A DNA stretch of 52,759 bases, taken from assembly GCA_038062015.1 (NCBI GenBank), contig JBBTXZ010000010.1:1-52759 (forward strand), given 5' to 3'. Shown here piece by piece: positions 50,560 to 52,759 of the stretch. Both the position numbers and the translations under genes were made by a program. The first letter of the stretch is position 1. Each line of letters starts with the position of its first letter. Source of the stretch: Patescibacteria group bacterium. GTDB lineage: Bacteria; Patescibacteriota; Minisyncoccia; 2-02-FULL-40-12. The notes beneath the pieces are model-generated. The model did not search any database and was not told where the DNA came from. It saw nothing but the letters and a program-made list of their open reading frames with translations.

Positions 50560-51540
50560 ATGAAAACTATATTCCGCCATAAATTTGAAGATATTATCAG
50601 CGTTGAGAATATCTTAGAGGCCTGGAGAGAATTTGTGAAGGGGAAGAGAAAGAAAAAAGATATTCAGGGTTTTGCTTTTAATTTATTTAAAAATATTTCG
50701 GTGCTTAACTGTGATTTAAAAAGTTTTAAATATAACCATGGCGGTTACAAAGCTTTTAATATAAATGACCCGAAGCCGAGAAATATCCATAAGCCAACCG
50801 TCAGAGATAGATTATTACATCATGCTATTTACCGAAAATTGTATCCGTTTTTTGACAGAACATTTATAGCTGATTCTTTTTCCTGCCGAGTTGAAAAAGC
50901 AAATCTTAAAGCCATAAACAGATTTCGTAGTTTTACTTACAAAGTCAGCAAGAATCGTACTAAAACCTGCTGGGTTTTAAAATGCGACATCAGGAAGTTC
51001 TTTGAAAATATCAATCACGATATTTTATTGGAAATTTTAAAAAAATACATCTTCGATAAAAAGATTATCTGGCTTCTCGAAAAAGTAGTCCGCAGCTTTT
51101 CTTCAAAACCAGACGCCGGTCTGCCTCTTGGCAATCTCATCTCTCAACTCTTGGTAAATATTTATATGAATGAATTTGATCAGTTTGTTAAACATAAACT
51201 TAAAATCAAACCCTATATCAGATATGCAGATGATTTTGTGGTTATATCGGAGGATAAAAACTGGCTTAAACGACAAATACAACCAATCTCTGATTTTTTA
51301 TCCAATCAACTAAAATTAGAGCTCCACCAGGACAAGATATTCATCAAAACTCTTGTTTCTGGGGTTGATTTTCTTGGCTGGGTGCATTTCCCAGACCATA
51401 GAGTTTTAAGGACTATGACCAAGAGAAGAATGTTCAAGAGATTAAAAGAATCACAAACATTGGAAACCATTAGTTCTTATTTGGGTTTGCTAAAACATGG
51501 GAATACTTATAAATTAAGAAAGTTAATTCTCGAGGCTTGA
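50560..51540 (+). CDS. DGR reverse transcriptase
   Basis: DPKPRNIH...RDR..HHA, LKCDIRKFF..I.H, GLPLGNL.SQ (DGR SQ signature), YIRYADDF, GVDFLGW. Confidence 0.93.
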   Translation: MKTIFRHKFEDIISVENILEAWREFVKGKRKKKDIQGFAFNLFKNISVLNCDLKSFKYNHGGYKAFNINDPKPRNIHKPTVRDRLLHHAIYRKLYPFFDRTFIADSFSCRVEKANLKAINRFRSFTYKVSKNRTKTCWVLKCDIRKFFENINHDILLEILKKYIFDKKIIWLLEKVVRSFSSKPDAGLPLGNLISQLLVNIYMNEFDQFVKHKLKIKPYIRYADDFVVISEDKNWLKRQIQPISDFLSNQLKLELHQDKIFIKTLVSGVDFLGWVHFPDHRVLRTMTKRRMFKRLKESQTLETISSYLGLLKHGNTYKLRKLILEA

Positions 51541-51564
51541 CAGCATTATTGGTTTTGCTAAACT
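51537..51564 (+). promoter_or_regulatory. rRNA promoter overlapping the RT stop codon
   Basis: TTGACA-16-TAAACT with extended TG; boxA-like GGTCTTTAAAAA near 51696. Confidence 0.6.
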
Positions 51565-51783
51565 TAAATTAATATGTAAGATGATTAAAATTTAATAGCC
51601 CGCCATTGCTAAAGCTATGGCGAGGCAATGCAATTAAAAGATTGTATGACCGCGATTTCTTCTTTACGGAGGAAATCGCGGTTGTATTTTGGAAAGGTCT
51701 TTAAAAATTCAATAGCCCTCCTTCGCATGAAGCTATGGAGGGCGATGCAGGTTCATCATAGTCAATCAGACGCAGATTTTTTT

Positions 51784-51823
<40 letters not shown>

Positions 51824-51846
51824 GATAAGGCATGCAAGTCGTGCGG

Positions 51847-52275
51847 ACGCAATCGCCAACTTCTAATCTCTAATCTATAATTAGGTCAATGAAAGGAAAT
51901 TTCCGAGAATTTAAAGTTTATAGAGATGCAAAGGATTTAGTAATTAAGGTATTTCAGTTGACACGTAAATTTCCAAAAGAATTTTATTATTTATCTGACC
52001 AAATAAATAGGAGCGCTTTATCAGTTGTTCTTAATATTGCTGAAGGATCAGCAAAAGGAAGCGATAAAGACTTTAATAGATACATAAAAAATTCTCTTGG
52101 GTCGGCAACTGAGTTATCCTCGGCATTAGAGATTACAGAAGACCTAAAATTGATAGATGAAAAAGAATATTCATTACTTGATACACAGATACAAGAAATC
52201 ATTAAACAATTAGGCGGCTTCTCTAAATATCTTTTGAGGCGTTAGCGATTGGTGATTGGAAGTTGGTGGTTGCGT
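51847..52275 (+). mobile_element. Intervening sequence in 16S helix 6 (V1)
   Basis: 29-bp stem 51847-51875/52247-52275 (1 mismatch, G-U pairs) enclosing an ORF. Confidence 0.9.
51889..52245 (+). CDS. Four-helix-bundle intervening-sequence protein (IVP)
   Basis: F....VY..A......FP.E...L.DQI.RSALSV..NIAEG....DF.RY...SLGS..E. Confidence 0.92.
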   Translation: MKGNFREFKVYRDAKDLVIKVFQLTRKFPKEFYYLSDQINRSALSVVLNIAEGSAKGSDKDFNRYIKNSLGSATELSSALEITEDLKLIDEKEYSLLDTQIQEIIKQLGGFSKYLLRR

Positions 52276-52759
52276 AAGCGGCGAACGAGTCAGTAATACC
52301 TTGGTACGTACCCCTGACGCGGAAATAACTCTGCGAAAGCAGAGCTAATATCCGATGGTCTCGATGGAGCAATCTATCGAGTAAAGGTAATCAGCAATGA
52401 TTGCCGGTCGGGGAGCGGCCTAGGTCCGATCAGCTTGTTGGTGGGGTAACGGCCTACCAAGGCGACGACCGGTAGGGGGCCTGAGAGGGTGATCCCCGAC
52501 GATGGAACTGAGAACGGTCCATACATCTACGGATGGCAGCAGCCGAGAATATTCGACAATGGGCGAAAGCCTGATCGAGTGACGCCGCGTGGAGGAAGAA
52601 GGGCTTCGGCCTGTAAACTCCTTTTCCCTGGGAAGAACTCTGACGGTACCAGGGGAATAAGGGATTGCTAACTCTGTGCCAGCAGCAGCGGTAATACAGA
52701 GATCCCGAGCGTTATCCGGAATAACTGGGCGTAAAGAGCGAGCAGGGGGATTTGTTAGT

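Noticed and set aside
50560-51540. RT as group II intron, retron or CRISPR-associated RT
   Set aside because: SQ motif, Avd and AAC-rich TR indicate a DGR; no maturase or domain V/VI, msr-msd or cas genes visible

Overview
Chromosomal fragment of a Patescibacteria (CPR, most likely Parcubacteria) genome. The assignment is inferred from the divergent 16S with primer-site mismatches and an ORF-bearing insertion, a compact type IV pilus/comF locus without pilQ, single-chain PheRS, truncated ThrRS, and no rplA after rplK. Core genes: comF, pilM-N-O-(P)-B-T-C, pilins, pilD, ligA, gatC/A/B, pheS, intein-containing gyrB, secE, nusG, rplK, thrS, dnaE, rpsP, five tRNAs and the 5' part of the 16S rRNA. 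Accessory content: (1) two large serine recombinase (LSR) elements whose integrase ORFs run into tRNA 3' ends. At tRNA-fMet, a 7.5-kb autonomous element sits beside two small recombinase-less cassettes that share one layout (cargo gene, toxin-antitoxin pair, relic of the recombinase 3' end/att), resembling an integron-like array. (2) A diversity-generating retroelement whose avd is antisense between TR and RT, is one base out of frame at a T8G8 tract, and whose neighbouring target-like gene does not match the TR. (3) A tiny GIY-YIG gene with 17-bp terminal inverted repeats and a deleted derivative. (4) Several palindromic micro-element families inserted in frame into pilin leaders and core proteins and at tRNA 5' ends. 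(5) Three unannotated structured RNAs: the methylase leader, the recombinase leader, and the dnaE-rpsP intergenic region. All calls were made by eye from motifs; no database searches were run.
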